Source of the DNA: Holophagaceae bacterium
GTDB taxonomy: Bacteria > Acidobacteriota > Holophagae > Holophagales > Holophagaceae
DNA length: 64,000 bases
Direction: 5' to 3'
Assembly (NCBI GenBank): GCA_017859995.1
Contig: JAFJUR010000003.1
Location: 6,015-70,014, forward strand
The position numbers and the translations under genes are program-made. Within the stretch, counting starts at the first letter, position 1. Every line of letters starts with the position of its first letter. The notes beneath the pieces were generated by a model. That model did not search any database. It was given only the letters and a program-made list of their open reading frames with translations, and was not told where the DNA came from. Of this stretch, positions 17,286-27,298 are shown one piece after another.

Positions 17286-20132
17286 TCAAGCATGCTGCTT
17301 GAGCTTGTCCTTGCCGCCGAACCACTGGTCCCAGTACACCACCACGGGGCTCGCGATGTAGATGGACGAGTAGGTGCCGGTAATCACGCCGATGACCAGC
17401 GGGAAGGCCAGGTCCTTGAGGGCCGGGCCGCCGAAGAGCCAGAGGCAGACGCTGACGAAGAGCACCGAGGCCGAGGTGAGGATCGTGCGGCCCAGCGTCT
17501 GGTTGATGGAATCGTTCACCAGCTTGGTCACCGTGGCCCGGCGGTACTCCGGACGGTGGCTGTTCTCGCGGATTCGGTCGAACACCACGATCGTGTCGGC
17601 CATGGAGTAGCCCATGAGCGTGAGGAAGCTCGCCACCACCGGCACGTTGAACTCGTAGCCGAAGGCCGCGAAGAGGCCCAGGGCCATGAGCATGTCGTGG
17701 ACCAGGGAGACGATGCCACCCACGGCGTAGCTGGCGGTGAACCGGAACATCACGTAGACGAGGATGGCGCCGAGCGCCCAGGCCACGGCGGTGAGGGTCT
17801 TGCGCGTCCACTCGCCGGAGATGCTGGGGGAGAAGCTCTCGTCCTTGAGGAGGCCCACCGCGCCGAGGCGGTAGTGCTTCTGGATCGTCTCCTTCACGGC
17901 CTGGGGAAGGTCCTGCGGAAGCTCGCCGAAGGTCTGGTAGAGCCCCGAGGACAGCCGGTCCCGGCCCGCGATGACTTTCTCGGCGAAGGGCGTGTAGATG
18001 GCCGTGAGGGCGGTTTCGTCGCCGCCGACGCCCGTGGGATTGGCCTTCGCCAGCACATCCGCGAGGGTCTTGGAGCCCTCGAGGTTGAGCGCAGGCAGCT
18101 GGCTGGCAGCACCGTCCGGATCGAGCTGCTTGAAGATGGCGCGCAGGGCGTTCGCCTGGATGGTGCTGTCCTTCTGGTCGCCGTCCTTCTTGGCCTTGAC
18201 CTTCACGGAGAAGTCCCGGATGGACTTGTCGGCGTTCTCGTACGCCACCACGGTGGCGTCGGTATAGCCGCCCTTCGCGAGGGCCGCCCGGATGGTCTCG
18301 GGCTCCATGGCGCCACGGAAGCGGACCGTCATGTCATTGCCGCCCACGAACTGCATGCCCAGCTGGATCCGGTTGTTGTGGGTCAGGTTCCAGGGACGGA
18401 CGTAGATGATGCAGAGCAGGATCAGGCCCCATGTGATGGCCAAGGCCGTGCCCTTGTACTTCATGAAGTCGTAGGAGGACCCCTTGAAGAACGTGTGGGT
18501 GCCCACGGACAGCGTCTTGGTGCCGGGGTGGCGCTCGAGCACCCAATCGTAGATGAAGCGGCTGATGTAGATGCTGGTGAACAGCGAGGCCACGACGCCC
18601 ACGGTGAGGGTCACGGCGAAGCCCTTCACGGGGCCCGTGCCGAAGATGAACAGCAGCAGCGCCGCGAAGAGCTGGGTCACGTGGCTGTCCACGATGGTCC
18701 AGAACACCCGGTCGAAGCCCGCGTCGATGGCGCCAGGCACGCTCTTGCCCAGCCCCAACTCCTCCTTGATGCGCTCGAAGATGAGGATGTTGGCGTCCAC
18801 CGCCATGCCCAGGGTGAGCACGAAGCCGGCGATGCCGGGAAGGGTCAGCGTGGCCCGGAACGAACCCAGCAGGCCCATCATCACGATGACGTTCACGGTG
18901 AGGGCCACGATCGCGTTCGCGCCGGACCAGTGGTAGAAGATCACCATGAAGCCGATGATCGCGGCGAAGCCGAGCACGGCGGCGCGGACGCCGGCGTGGA
19001 TGGAGTCGCGGCCGAGGCCGGGGCCCACGACGCGCTCTTCCAGGAACTTCATGGGCGCGCGCAGCGCGCCGCTGCGAAGCTGGCTCGCGAGATCGTCGGC
19101 CTCCTGGGCGGAGAAGCTGCCGCTGATGCGGACGGCGCCGCCGATGATCTTCTCCTTGGCGCTCAGCTCGGTGACGATTTTCCGGTCGAGGACGATGGCG
19201 ATGAGCCGGTTCTCCTCTGAGGCCGTGCCGGTCAGGCGGGCGAAGTCGTCGTCACCCTTCTTGTTCAAGGTGAAGTTGACTTCATTGGCTTCGGTCTGCG
19301 AGTTGGAGGCGCGGTGCGAATCGATGATGTCGGCGCCATCCACCGCCACGCGGCTTTCCAGCAGCACCCAGCGGCTGATCTTCTCCTCGCCGGGTTTGGG
19401 CTTCACCACGGGCTGGCCGGCCCGGCGCGCCTGGCGCTCGCTCTCGATCTCGGGCAGCAGCTCGAATTCCGGGGGAATCTGGCCCTTGTAGAAGGCCAGG
19501 GCCTCCTCCTTCGAACCGAAGTAGATCTGCGGCGCCTTGGCCAGCAGCCGCTGCTCCAGCCGACCCGGGGTGGCCAGCAGCTTCTTGATGCGCTCGCGGT
19601 CGCCCTCCTCGATGCCGGGAATCTCCACCACGATGCGGTTGCCTTCGGCGCCGCTGGCGGTGATCTCGGGCTCGAGCACGTTGGCGGGGTCGATGTCGCG
19701 GATGCGCTTCTCGATGACCTCAAGGGCCCGCTTGTTGGCGTCGTCCTTGAGCTGCTTCTGGTACTCGGGCTTGTGCCTGAGCAGGAAGGCGTCGCCCTCG
19801 GCATTCACCACGTAGCCGGAGAAGAAGTCCTTGGCGACCTTCTCCACGGTGGCCTTCTGGTCGGCCCCCACACCTTCCACCCGGAGGATGTCGCCGTCCA
19901 CGCGCACCATGGCGCCGGGCAGGCCCTTCTCCTTGAGGCGGCCGGCCATGCGGTCCTTGCTGTCGCGCAGGTCGGCGGCCAGGGTCTCCTGGCCCTGGAC
20001 CTCCAGCTCGAAGTGGACGCCGCCCCGGAGGTCGAGGCCGAGCTTCACCTTGGAGAGCGGTGTGAAGAAGTATCCGCAGCCGAACAGCACGGCCAGGACG
20101 ATGGTGAGGCGCCAGAGGCTCCGTTTGGTCAC
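17286..20132 (-). CDS. secDF: Fused protein translocase SecDF
   Basis: LGLDLRGG, GMAVDANILIFERIKEE, GYSMADTIVVFDRIREN, GTYSSIYIA; follows yajC. Confidence 0.95.
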   Translation of the reverse strand: MTKRSLWRLTIVLAVLFGCGYFFTPLSKVKLGLDLRGGVHFELEVQGQETLAADLRDSKDRMAGRLKEKGLPGAMVRVDGDILRVEGVGADQKATVEKVAKDFFSGYVVNAEGDAFLLRHKPEYQKQLKDDANKRALEVIEKRIRDIDPANVLEPEITASGAEGNRIVVEIPGIEEGDRERIKKLLATPGRLEQRLLAKAPQIYFGSKEEALAFYKGQIPPEFELLPEIESERQARRAGQPVVKPKPGEEKISRWVLLESRVAVDGADIIDSHRASNSQTEANEVNFTLNKKGDDDFARLTGTASEENRLIAIVLDRKIVTELSAKEKIIGGAVRISGSFSAQEADDLASQLRSGALRAPMKFLEERVVGPGLGRDSIHAGVRAAVLGFAAIIGFMVIFYHWSGANAIVALTVNVIVMMGLLGSFRATLTLPGIAGFVLTLGMAVDANILIFERIKEELGLGKSVPGAIDAGFDRVFWTIVDSHVTQLFAALLLFIFGTGPVKGFAVTLTVGVVASLFTSIYISRFIYDWVLERHPGTKTLSVGTHTFFKGSSYDFMKYKGTALAITWGLILLCIIYVRPWNLTHNNRIQLGMQFVGGNDMTVRFRGAMEPETIRAALAKGGYTDATVVAYENADKSIRDFSVKVKAKKDGDQKDSTIQANALRAIFKQLDPDGAASQLPALNLEGSKTLADVLAKANPTGVGGDETALTAIYTPFAEKVIAGRDRLSSGLYQTFGELPQDLPQAVKETIQKHYRLGAVGLLKDESFSPSISGEWTRKTLTAVAWALGAILVYVMFRFTASYAVGGIVSLVHDMLMALGLFAAFGYEFNVPVVASFLTLMGYSMADTIVVFDRIRENSHRPEYRRATVTKLVNDSINQTLGRTILTSASVLFVSVCLWLFGGPALKDLAFPLVIGVITGTYSSIYIASPVVVYWDQWFGGKDKLKQHA

Positions 20133-20202
20133 GGGGCGCTCCTTACAGGAAGCGGGTCGGCCCAGGATCGAAGGTCCGGACCGACCCGGGAGGTCGGGGA
20201 GA

Positions 20203-20517
20203 TCAGTTCTGCTTGGTTTCGGGCTCGGAGGCCAGGGCGGCCACGGCCGCGCGCCGGGCCTTGACCACGGATCCGCCGAGCTTCACCCAGATGTGCTGGT
20301 CCTCGACGCGGTCGATGGTGGCGTAGAGGCCGGAGGTCAGCACGACCTCGTCGCCGGCCTTCAGCTTCGCGAGGCGGGCTTCGGTCTCCTTGCGGGCCTT
20401 GCTCTGGGGACGGATGAGCAGGAAGTAGAACATCAGGGCCATGCCGCCGATGAACACGAACTGCGTCCAGCCGGGAGGGCCGGCCGCGGGGGTCTGCTGA
20501 AACAGGGCGAAGGTCAT
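20203..20517 (-). CDS. yajC: Preprotein translocase subunit YajC
   Basis: FYFLLIRPQ, LKAGDEVVLTSGL; tgt-yajC-secDF order. Confidence 0.93.
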   Translation of the reverse strand: MTFALFQQTPAAGPPGWTQFVFIGGMALMFYFLLIRPQSKARKETEARLAKLKAGDEVVLTSGLYATIDRVEDQHIWVKLGGSVVKARRAAVAALASEPETKQN

Positions 20518-21666
20518 TCAGGGCTCCTCGGTCTGCCATCCGGCGCGCGTGGACTGGGCGAAGGCCGGAAACCGGTTCTCCAGCAGAGCCTGCCGCGCGG
20601 CGCGGGTGAGTCCCACAGTGTAGCTCAGGTTGTGGATCGTGTTCAGCGTGAAGCCCAGCAGCTCCCCGCAGCGGAACAGGTGATGCAGGTAGGCCCGGCT
20701 GAAGGTGCGGCAGGTGTAGCAGCCGCAGGCGGGATCGAGGGGGAGGTCCACCTCCCGGTGCCGGGCGTTCTTCAGGTTCAGCTTGCCCCGGCTGGTGAGG
20801 ATGCGGCCATGGCGGGCCTCCCGGCTGGGCAGCACGCAGTCGAAGAGATCCACCCCGTGCTCGATGCCGAAGATCAGGTCCTCCGGCGTGCCCACGCCCA
20901 TCAGGTAACGGGGCCGGTCCGCCGGCAGCTCCCGCACGAACTCGGCCAGCACGGCGTTCATCTCTTCTTTTGGCTCGCCCACGCTGAGCCCGCCCACCGC
21001 GAAACCCTGGAAGGGCGACTTAGCGTCGAGGTCCATGGCCTCGGCCAGGTGGCGACGGCGCAGGTCCAGGTGGGTGCCGCCCTGGTTGATGGCGAAGAGT
21101 CCCTGATGGGGCTGGAGGGGCACCGCGCGGCTGCGGGCCAGCCAGCGGGTGGTTCGGGCCATGCTCACCTCGAGCTTGCCGCGCTCCAGCCGGCCCGGCG
21201 GGCACTCGTCAAGGGCCATGCAGATGTCCGATCCCAGGTTCCGCTGGATCTCCATGCTCCGCTCGGGCGACAGGAACTGCGGGCTGCCGTCCAGGTGGCT
21301 CTGGAAGGTGACGCCTTCTTCCGTCATCTTCCGCAGCGAGGCCAGGGAGAACACCTGGAACCCCCCTGAATCCGTGAGGATGGGCCCGTCCCACCCCATG
21401 AAGCGATGCAGGCCGCCCAACCCGGCCACCAGGGCATCGCCGGGGCGCAGGCCCAGGTGGTACGTGTTCCCGAGGATGACCTGGGGCCCGATCTCCCGCA
21501 GTTGGACTGGACTGATGCCCTTGACCGTCCCCTGGGTGCCGACTGGCATGAAGGCCGGCGTCAGGACCTCGCCATGGGAGGTATGGAACCGGCCGGACCG
21601 AGCCGGGTTCCGGACTCCAGAAGAATCGGGGATGAAGGAAAAATCGGGACTTGTGATCTGTGACAT
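20518..21666 (-). CDS. tgt: tRNA-guanine transglycosylase
   Basis: TPAFMPVGT, NTYHL, TDSGGFQ, GGLSVGE, RYLMGVG, FDCV, CGCYTC. Confidence 0.96.
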   Translation of the reverse strand: MSQITSPDFSFIPDSSGVRNPARSGRFHTSHGEVLTPAFMPVGTQGTVKGISPVQLREIGPQVILGNTYHLGLRPGDALVAGLGGLHRFMGWDGPILTDSGGFQVFSLASLRKMTEEGVTFQSHLDGSPQFLSPERSMEIQRNLGSDICMALDECPPGRLERGKLEVSMARTTRWLARSRAVPLQPHQGLFAINQGGTHLDLRRRHLAEAMDLDAKSPFQGFAVGGLSVGEPKEEMNAVLAEFVRELPADRPRYLMGVGTPEDLIFGIEHGVDLFDCVLPSREARHGRILTSRGKLNLKNARHREVDLPLDPACGCYTCRTFSRAYLHHLFRCGELLGFTLNTIHNLSYTVGLTRAARQALLENRFPAFAQSTRAGWQTEEP

Positions 21667-21794
21667 GTCGATGACCTGACTTTCTTAACAAAAATTAACA
21701 ATCCCACCCTTTTGTCCGGCCGATGAGTGTTGCGGTATCCATGAAAAAACCGGGGAATGCCGTGTTCACGGGGGATTCAGCGCGGTAACAACAC

Positions 21795-21823
21795 TTGACC
21801 TGCTGCCGACCCTTTGCCATCTT
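21795..21823 (+). promoter_or_regulatory. Candidate sigma70 promoter for the tonB operon
   Basis: TTGACC-17 bp-CATCTT, with TG extended -10. Confidence 0.45.
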
Positions 21824-21930
21824 AGCCGTTGGGCTTGCCCCAGTTCTTTATCCCTATTGCTGTGGCCGAACCGGTGTTCCCGCCGTTTCGGCTCGCTGTT
21901 TTTTCCCCCTGGATCTTTCAAGGGAGTCGC

Positions 21931-22719
21931 ATGAGCAAAGATCCCCAGAAACCCGTTCCCGCCAAGCCGGCCGCTCCTGTGGAGACGCTGGAGGACGCTG
22001 TCTACAAGTCCTCCCTCATCACCGGGAACGATGCCATCAAGCGGGGCAACCCCATGGTGACCATCCCGACGACGGTGGCCATGTACGTCCTGTTCGGCGT
22101 GGTGGCTTTCCAACTGGCGAAGCAGTCCCAGGTAGTCAAGGAAAAGCTGAAGACCGTCGGCATCGACCTCGCAGAGCAGGCCGAGATGGCGCCTCCGCCG
22201 CCTCCTCCGCCGCCACCGCCGCCGCCGCCGCCGTCCGCCGCGACGGCCAGCAAGGTGGACACCACCCCCATCGATCCCCGTCAGGAAGTGGTGCCTGAAC
22301 AGGCTCCCAAAGAACTTCCGAAGCAGGATCACTCCCTCGGCGGCGTTCCCGGCGGCGTTCCCGGCGGCGTTCCCGGCGGTGTCATCGGCGGCGTGGTCGG
22401 CGGCGTCATCGGCGGCGTGGTCGGTGGCCAGGGCAAGGTCGTGGACTTCGACTTCAGCCAGATCAAGGTGAAGTACCAGCCCCCCGCGCCCCCCTACCCG
22501 CCCCTCGCCAAGATCGCGAAGATCCAGGGCACCGTGGTGGTCGAAATCGTCGTCGGACCCGACGGCGTGCCCACCTCGGCCGTGGCCAAGGAAGGCCCGC
22601 CCCAGCTCCGGCCCACGGCCGAAGCCTACGCCATGCAGTGGAAGTTCGAGCCTGCCATGCTGAACGGCGCTCCGCAGTACGCCCGTTTCAAGCTGACCAT
22701 GCCCTTCCGCCTCCGGTAG
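21931..22719 (+). CDS. tonB: Energy transducer TonB
   Basis: TM anchor, poly-Pro tract, GGVPG/GGVIG repeats, C-terminal YPPLAK..QGTVVV..WKFEPA. Confidence 0.9.
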   Translation: MSKDPQKPVPAKPAAPVETLEDAVYKSSLITGNDAIKRGNPMVTIPTTVAMYVLFGVVAFQLAKQSQVVKEKLKTVGIDLAEQAEMAPPPPPPPPPPPPPPSAATASKVDTTPIDPRQEVVPEQAPKELPKQDHSLGGVPGGVPGGVPGGVIGGVVGGVIGGVVGGQGKVVDFDFSQIKVKYQPPAPPYPPLAKIAKIQGTVVVEIVVGPDGVPTSAVAKEGPPQLRPTAEAYAMQWKFEPAMLNGAPQYARFKLTMPFRLR

Positions 22720-22774
22720 CTCTCACCACTTCCCCTGTCATCAACCTTCTCTTCCTCTTCCACAAGGAAAACTC

Positions 22775-23503
22775 ATGAACCTGCTTTCCTCTCCCCTGAT
22801 GCTCGCTCTGGCCGAGGGCGGCCACGACAGCTTCTCCCCCGCCGAGCTCTTCCGGGCGGCGTCTCCCGCGAACAAGGGCATCATCATCATCCTGTTCATC
22901 CTCCTGGCCTATCAGATCTACGTGACCGTGGAGCGCTTCGTCACCTACGCCCAGAGCAAGCAGGCTTCCGACAAGTTCCTCAAGCTCTTCATGGACACGC
23001 TGCGCCGCGGCGACTTCGAGGCCGCCAAGCGCGCCGCCACCACCCACAACAAGAGCCACATCGCCCTCGTGCTGAAGCACGGCCTGGACATCTTCCAGTA
23101 CGAGAAGCAGCTCAAGACCATGAACCCCAACCATGACGCCATCCAGCCCGTCGAGCGCGCCATCCAGCGCGGCACCGCCGAGGTCATCGAGCTCCTCAAG
23201 AAGGGCATGAGCGGCCTGGCCACCATCGGCGCCCTGGCCCCCTTCATCGGCCTGCTCGGCACCGTGATCGGCATCATCAAGGTCTTCTCCGACCTGAAGA
23301 CCAAGGGCGCTGGCGACATCAACGCGCTGGCCGGCTCCATCGGTGAGGCGCTCGCCACCACCGCGCTCGGCCTCGTCGTCGCCATCCCCGCGGTGTGGAT
23401 GTACAACCTCCTGACCAACAAGCAGGACGTGGTGGTCACCAACATCAACAACGCGGCTTCCCAGATGATCGACGAGTTCATCCGTCGCGAGAGCCAGGGC
23501 TAA
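22775..23503 (+). CDS. exbB: MotA/TolQ/ExbB proton channel
   Basis: LATIGALAPFIGLLGTVIG, EALATTALGLVVAIPA. Confidence 0.9.
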   Translation: MNLLSSPLMLALAEGGHDSFSPAELFRAASPANKGIIIILFILLAYQIYVTVERFVTYAQSKQASDKFLKLFMDTLRRGDFEAAKRAATTHNKSHIALVLKHGLDIFQYEKQLKTMNPNHDAIQPVERAIQRGTAEVIELLKKGMSGLATIGALAPFIGLLGTVIGIIKVFSDLKTKGAGDINALAGSIGEALATTALGLVVAIPAVWMYNLLTNKQDVVVTNINNAASQMIDEFIRRESQG

Positions 23504-23516
23504 GATTTTCCACCCC

Positions 23517-23548
23517 CGCCCGGGAGTGAAAGCTCCCGGGCGATTTTC
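23517..23548 (+). terminator. Intra-operon hairpin between exbB and exbD
   Basis: CGCCCGGGAG-TGAAAG-CTCCCGGGCG followed by ATTTTC. Confidence 0.45.
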
Positions 23549-23562
23549 AAGGAGAACACACC

Positions 23563-24063
23563 ATGGATGCAGGTGGTTCCAAGGGTGGAATGAAGGCTGA
23601 CATCAACGTCACGCCGCTTGTGGACATCGTGCTGGTGCTGCTGATCATCTTCATCGTGATCACGCCCGCGGTGAACAACGCCGTGAAGATCCCGTTGGCC
23701 AAGCATGCCCCGAAGGTGGAGCAGCAGCAGGACGCGGGTCAGAAGTACCTGACCCTCATGCTGACCTCCAAGCGCAATGACAAGTACGAAGTGACCGGCC
23801 CCGGCGCCGTGCTCATCGATGACAAGGACGCGAAGGACATGCGTTTCTTCATCAATGAGGAAAGCCAGCGCCAGCAGCTGGAGGACTTCATCAACCGGAA
23901 CGTCTCCCAGCTGAACGACAAGCGGGTGTTCGTGAAGGCCGATGCGGATCTGCCCTTCAAGTACATCAACGAGTTGTTCCAGGTCTGCCGGAAGGGTGGC
24001 GCCGACGAGGCGTCCATCGTGACCAGCGAGGACAAGTCGGAAAAGAAGGAAGGGGGTAACTGA
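23563..24063 (+). CDS. exbD: ExbD/TolR family protein
   Basis: DINVTPLVDIVLVLLIIF, VKAD. Confidence 0.9.
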   Translation: MDAGGSKGGMKADINVTPLVDIVLVLLIIFIVITPAVNNAVKIPLAKHAPKVEQQQDAGQKYLTLMLTSKRNDKYEVTGPGAVLIDDKDAKDMRFFINEESQRQQLEDFINRNVSQLNDKRVFVKADADLPFKYINELFQVCRKGGADEASIVTSEDKSEKKEGGN

Positions 24064-24557
24064 TGGATGCCGGTGGGCCCAAGGGCAAACAGAAATCTGA
24101 TATCAACGTCACCCCCCTGATCGACATCGTGCTGGTGCTCCTCATCGTCTTCATCGTGATGGTGCCCGGCCTGAGCAAGGCCATGAAGGTGGTGGTGCCC
24201 CAGGTCGTCCAGACCGCCACCCCGCCCAAGCCCGATCCGAACAACATCCTGATCCAGGTGGAGCAGGACGGATCCATGACCCTGCAGCAGGACAAGATCG
24301 ATGCCGATGGCATCAAGGCCAAGCTGCCCGATGCCGTGATGCTGCAGCCCCTCAACTACCGGAAGGTCTTCCTGAAGGTCGACGAGGACGTGAAGTTCCA
24401 GTCCATGGTGGACGTGCTCGACGCGATCCGCGTGGCCTCGGAAGAAGCCAAGAAGAAGTCCCTCGAACAGCTCGACAAGTTCCAGGGCCAGGATGGCGGC
24501 GATGTGAAAGTGGCCGTTTCCCTGAAGAAGCGGGTGGTCGCGGCTCCCGTCAGCTAG
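24063..24557 (+). CDS. exbD: ExbD/TolR family protein, second paralog
   Basis: DINVTPLIDIVLVLLIVF. Confidence 0.9.
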   Translation: MDAGGPKGKQKSDINVTPLIDIVLVLLIVFIVMVPGLSKAMKVVVPQVVQTATPPKPDPNNILIQVEQDGSMTLQQDKIDADGIKAKLPDAVMLQPLNYRKVFLKVDEDVKFQSMVDVLDAIRVASEEAKKKSLEQLDKFQGQDGGDVKVAVSLKKRVVAAPVS

Positions 24558-24570
24558 GCGCCGTTCGATC

Positions 24571-24604
24571 CGTGAAAAGGGCCCCATCCGGGGCCCTTTT
24601 CACG
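24571..24604. terminator. Bidirectional intrinsic terminator
   Basis: CGTGAAAAGGGCCCC-ATCC-GGGGCCCTTTTCACG between convergent genes. Confidence 0.8.
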
Positions 24605-25496
24605 TCCGGGCCTCCCGCCTGCGGTGGCCCAGGATGGTTCCGTAGGCCACGCCCGCCACGGTGATGACCACCCCCGCCAGCCCCGGCATGGTCACCCGCT
24701 CGCCCAGCAGGGGAAGCGCCAGCAGGTACTGCACGATGGGCAGCAGCTGGAGCCACACCGCCGCCTCGGAAACTGACAGCGTGCCGTAGGCCTCCGACAT
24801 GAGGATCTGGCCCCCGTAGGCCAGCAGGCTCATGAGGCCTGCCAGCAGCCAGGGCACGAGGCCCCCGGGCCAGGGGGTGAGGGCGAAGGGCAGCACCACG
24901 GGCAGTCCGGCCACGCAGAAAAAGAAGAAGATCGTGGCGGCGTTGTCCGTATGGCGGACGGCCCGGATGGCGTTGGCGCTGGTGGCCGCGAACACCGCCG
25001 CGGCCAGCGCCGCGAGCTGGCCGCGCCCGAAGCCGAAATCCAGCCGCCCCTGTCCGAGCACCAGCCCCACCCCGAGAGAGGCAGCCAGGATGGCCAGCCA
25101 GAGGTGGATGGTGGGGCGCTCCTTGAAGATCACCAGCGACATGGCCGTGGCGATCACCGGAAAGACGTTGTAGAGCAGGCCCGCCTCGCCCGCCGGGATG
25201 TGGGCCAGGGCGTAGAAATAGAGCACCACCACCGCGCCGCCCGACAGCCCGCGGGTCACCAGCAGGCGGTAGTGGCTGGGCCGGTAGAGGCCTGGGATGA
25301 GGCCGAAGGCCACCAGGCTCAGGAGCGCCCCCACCACGAAGCGCAGCACGGCCAGGTGCCCCGCGCTGAAGCCCATGCCCGGCAGCGTGAGCTTCCGCGC
25401 CAGGATGGCCATGAGCCCGAAGCAGAGCGCCGAACCCGCCAGCTCGGCGCGGGCCACCAGGCGGCGGCGGGCAAGGGCGGCGGTGGCGGCGGGCAT
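24600..25496 (-). CDS. DMT/EamA family transporter
   Basis: About 10 TM helices; LRF, RG..G, KERP, LLGER. Confidence 0.85.
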   Translation of the reverse strand: MPAATAALARRRLVARAELAGSALCFGLMAILARKLTLPGMGFSAGHLAVLRFVVGALLSLVAFGLIPGLYRPSHYRLLVTRGLSGGAVVVLYFYALAHIPAGEAGLLYNVFPVIATAMSLVIFKERPTIHLWLAILAASLGVGLVLGQGRLDFGFGRGQLAALAAAVFAATSANAIRAVRHTDNAATIFFFFCVAGLPVVLPFALTPWPGGLVPWLLAGLMSLLAYGGQILMSEAYGTLSVSEAAVWLQLLPIVQYLLALPLLGERVTMPGLAGVVITVAGVAYGTILGHRRREART

Positions 25497-25529
25497 GCCC
25501 GCATCATCCAATGCAGGCACTGAAATTGA

Positions 25530-25683
25530 AACCGCAGATGACGCAGATGGCGCAGATAGATGGATTGAAGGGATAGGCCCCGCTCGTGAAGGCGCTCCAT
25601 TCAATTCTGTGCAATCTGCGACATCCGTGGACCCATTCAGGTGATGTCCGGCGCCATCTGCGCCAGCGGCATCCTCTGCGGTT
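25530..25683. repeat. Degenerate intergenic copy of the tandem-unit inverted repeat (CGCAGAT variant)
   Basis: AACCGCAGATGACGCAGATGGCGCAGAT ... TTCTGTGCAATCTGCGACATCCGTGGAC ... ATCTGCGCCAGCGGCATCCTCTGCGGTT. Confidence 0.75.
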
Positions 25684-25729
25684 ACCTGTCATTCCTGCAT
25701 TTCCCGGCTCGCTACGAATGTCCCAGGCC

Positions 25730-27208
25730 TCAAGGGTTGTAGGCGCCCTGGGGCAGGTTGAGGCCGGCGGTGTGGAAGGCGCTCTGGAGCGCCCCGCCGC
25801 GGAAGGCCCCGCGGTCGGCGGCTTCCAGGTGATCCAGCAGGTGGGACAGGTTGGCGCCGCTGGGGACCGTGGGCACGCCCAGGTCGGTGGCCAGGTCGGG
25901 AAGGGTGAGGTCGTCGAGGAAGGTGCCTTCCTCGCGCACCACTGCCCCCCGGAGGGTGTACTGGTCCGTGGGGCCCGTGGTGGTGCGCAGGCTGGCGGAA
26001 GGCACCACCACCGCGTCCACCCAGTCGGCGCGCTCACCCCGGTCCTTCCGGTCGGCGTGGGCCGCGTACCTGAGGTCCTCGCCGCAGAGCAGGCCGGCCA
26101 CGGTGACCGAGTCCCCGAAGCTGAAGTTCTTGGCGGCCACCACGCGCAGCTGGCTGCCCACGGCCCGGTTCAGCTCGACCGCCACGCGGCTGAGGGTGGG
26201 GGCGAAGCTCGATCCGGTGAGCAGCAGCACCCGGCGACCGGCGAATCCCTTGGCCCGGGGGCTCTTGATGAACCGGCGGCTGTGCTCCAGGAAGCGGCGC
26301 ACCAGGCCCACGCCGTTCTCCAGCTGGGCCCAGGACCTTGAGTAGAAGGCCCGACCCGGCACCTCAACGCCCGCCCGGGTGAACCACTCGTCGGCCAGCA
26401 GCAGCCAGGGCTCCCCGTCGTTGGCCTTGGCGTACTTCCGCACTTCCGGCGTCCAGCGCTCCACCCAGTCCCGGGCAAATGCCGCGTCCACGTCCTGCAC
26501 CTCGGGCAGGTGCTCCCGGTGGGCGGTGAGGCCCACGGGCACGCAGGAGAGGCTCAGCACGCTGCCCCGCCCTTCCCGCCTCCGCGCCCACAGGTCGGCC
26601 ACGGTGCGCTGCCAGATGTCGCCATCGTTGAGGCCCGGCGCCACCACGGCCTGGGTGTGGACATCAATGCCGCCCGCCAGCAGCCGATCGACCTTGCGGA
26701 GGATGTCCCCTTCCCGGGGATTGCCCACCACCCGGATGCGGGCTTCGGGCTCCGTGGCGTGCACAGAGACGTGGATGGGGCTCAGGCGCTCGCGCACGAT
26801 GCGGTCCAGCTCGGCGTCGTCGCTGCTGGAGAGGGTCGTGAAGTGGCCGTAGAGGAAGGAGAGGCGCACGTCCTCGTCCTTCAGGTAGAGGGATTTCCGG
26901 AAGCCCTTGGGCATCTGGTGCACGAAGCAGAACACGCAGTTCTGCTTGCAGACCTTCACCTCGTCCTGGGCCAGGTCCACCCCGATACCCTCGCCGCCGT
27001 TCTCCACGTGGGCGCTGAACGTGCTGCCATCGGGCCGCCGGAGGACCAGCTCGGCCTCGTCCTCCCGGGTGATCAGGTACTGGTAGTTCAGCTGGTCCAG
27101 CACCGCCTCGCCGTGGATCTGCAGCAACGTGTCGCCGGGACGGATCCCGGCCTCCTCGGCCAGGCTGCCGGGTTCCACGCTGATGATCTGCACGCCTGTC
27201 TGGGCCAA
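25730..27208 (-). CDS. PDZ plus DUF512 radical SAM-like Fe-S protein
   Basis: N-terminal PDZ (GSLAEEAGIRPGD), CKQNCVFC, SLYLKDED.RLSFL.G, VPVGLT, QLENGVG. Confidence 0.88.
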   Translation of the reverse strand: MAQTGVQIISVEPGSLAEEAGIRPGDTLLQIHGEAVLDQLNYQYLITREDEAELVLRRPDGSTFSAHVENGGEGIGVDLAQDEVKVCKQNCVFCFVHQMPKGFRKSLYLKDEDVRLSFLYGHFTTLSSSDDAELDRIVRERLSPIHVSVHATEPEARIRVVGNPREGDILRKVDRLLAGGIDVHTQAVVAPGLNDGDIWQRTVADLWARRREGRGSVLSLSCVPVGLTAHREHLPEVQDVDAAFARDWVERWTPEVRKYAKANDGEPWLLLADEWFTRAGVEVPGRAFYSRSWAQLENGVGLVRRFLEHSRRFIKSPRAKGFAGRRVLLLTGSSFAPTLSRVAVELNRAVGSQLRVVAAKNFSFGDSVTVAGLLCGEDLRYAAHADRKDRGERADWVDAVVVPSASLRTTTGPTDQYTLRGAVVREEGTFLDDLTLPDLATDLGVPTVPSGANLSHLLDHLEAADRGAFRGGALQSAFHTAGLNLPQGAYNP

Positions 27209-27298
27209 GGGGACGCTCCTGCTCCGGATTCCCTGCCAGGAATCCGGAGATAGATTGTCTCATCGAGGAGAAAGAATGGCCTTCCCCAATCTCAGGGC

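Noticed and set aside
17286-20132. SecD-SecF fusion
   Set aside because: Fused SecDF is well known in many phyla.
22190-22430. Poly-Pro and GGVPG/GGVIG tandem repeats
   Set aside because: Ordinary periplasm-spanning linker of this TonB type.
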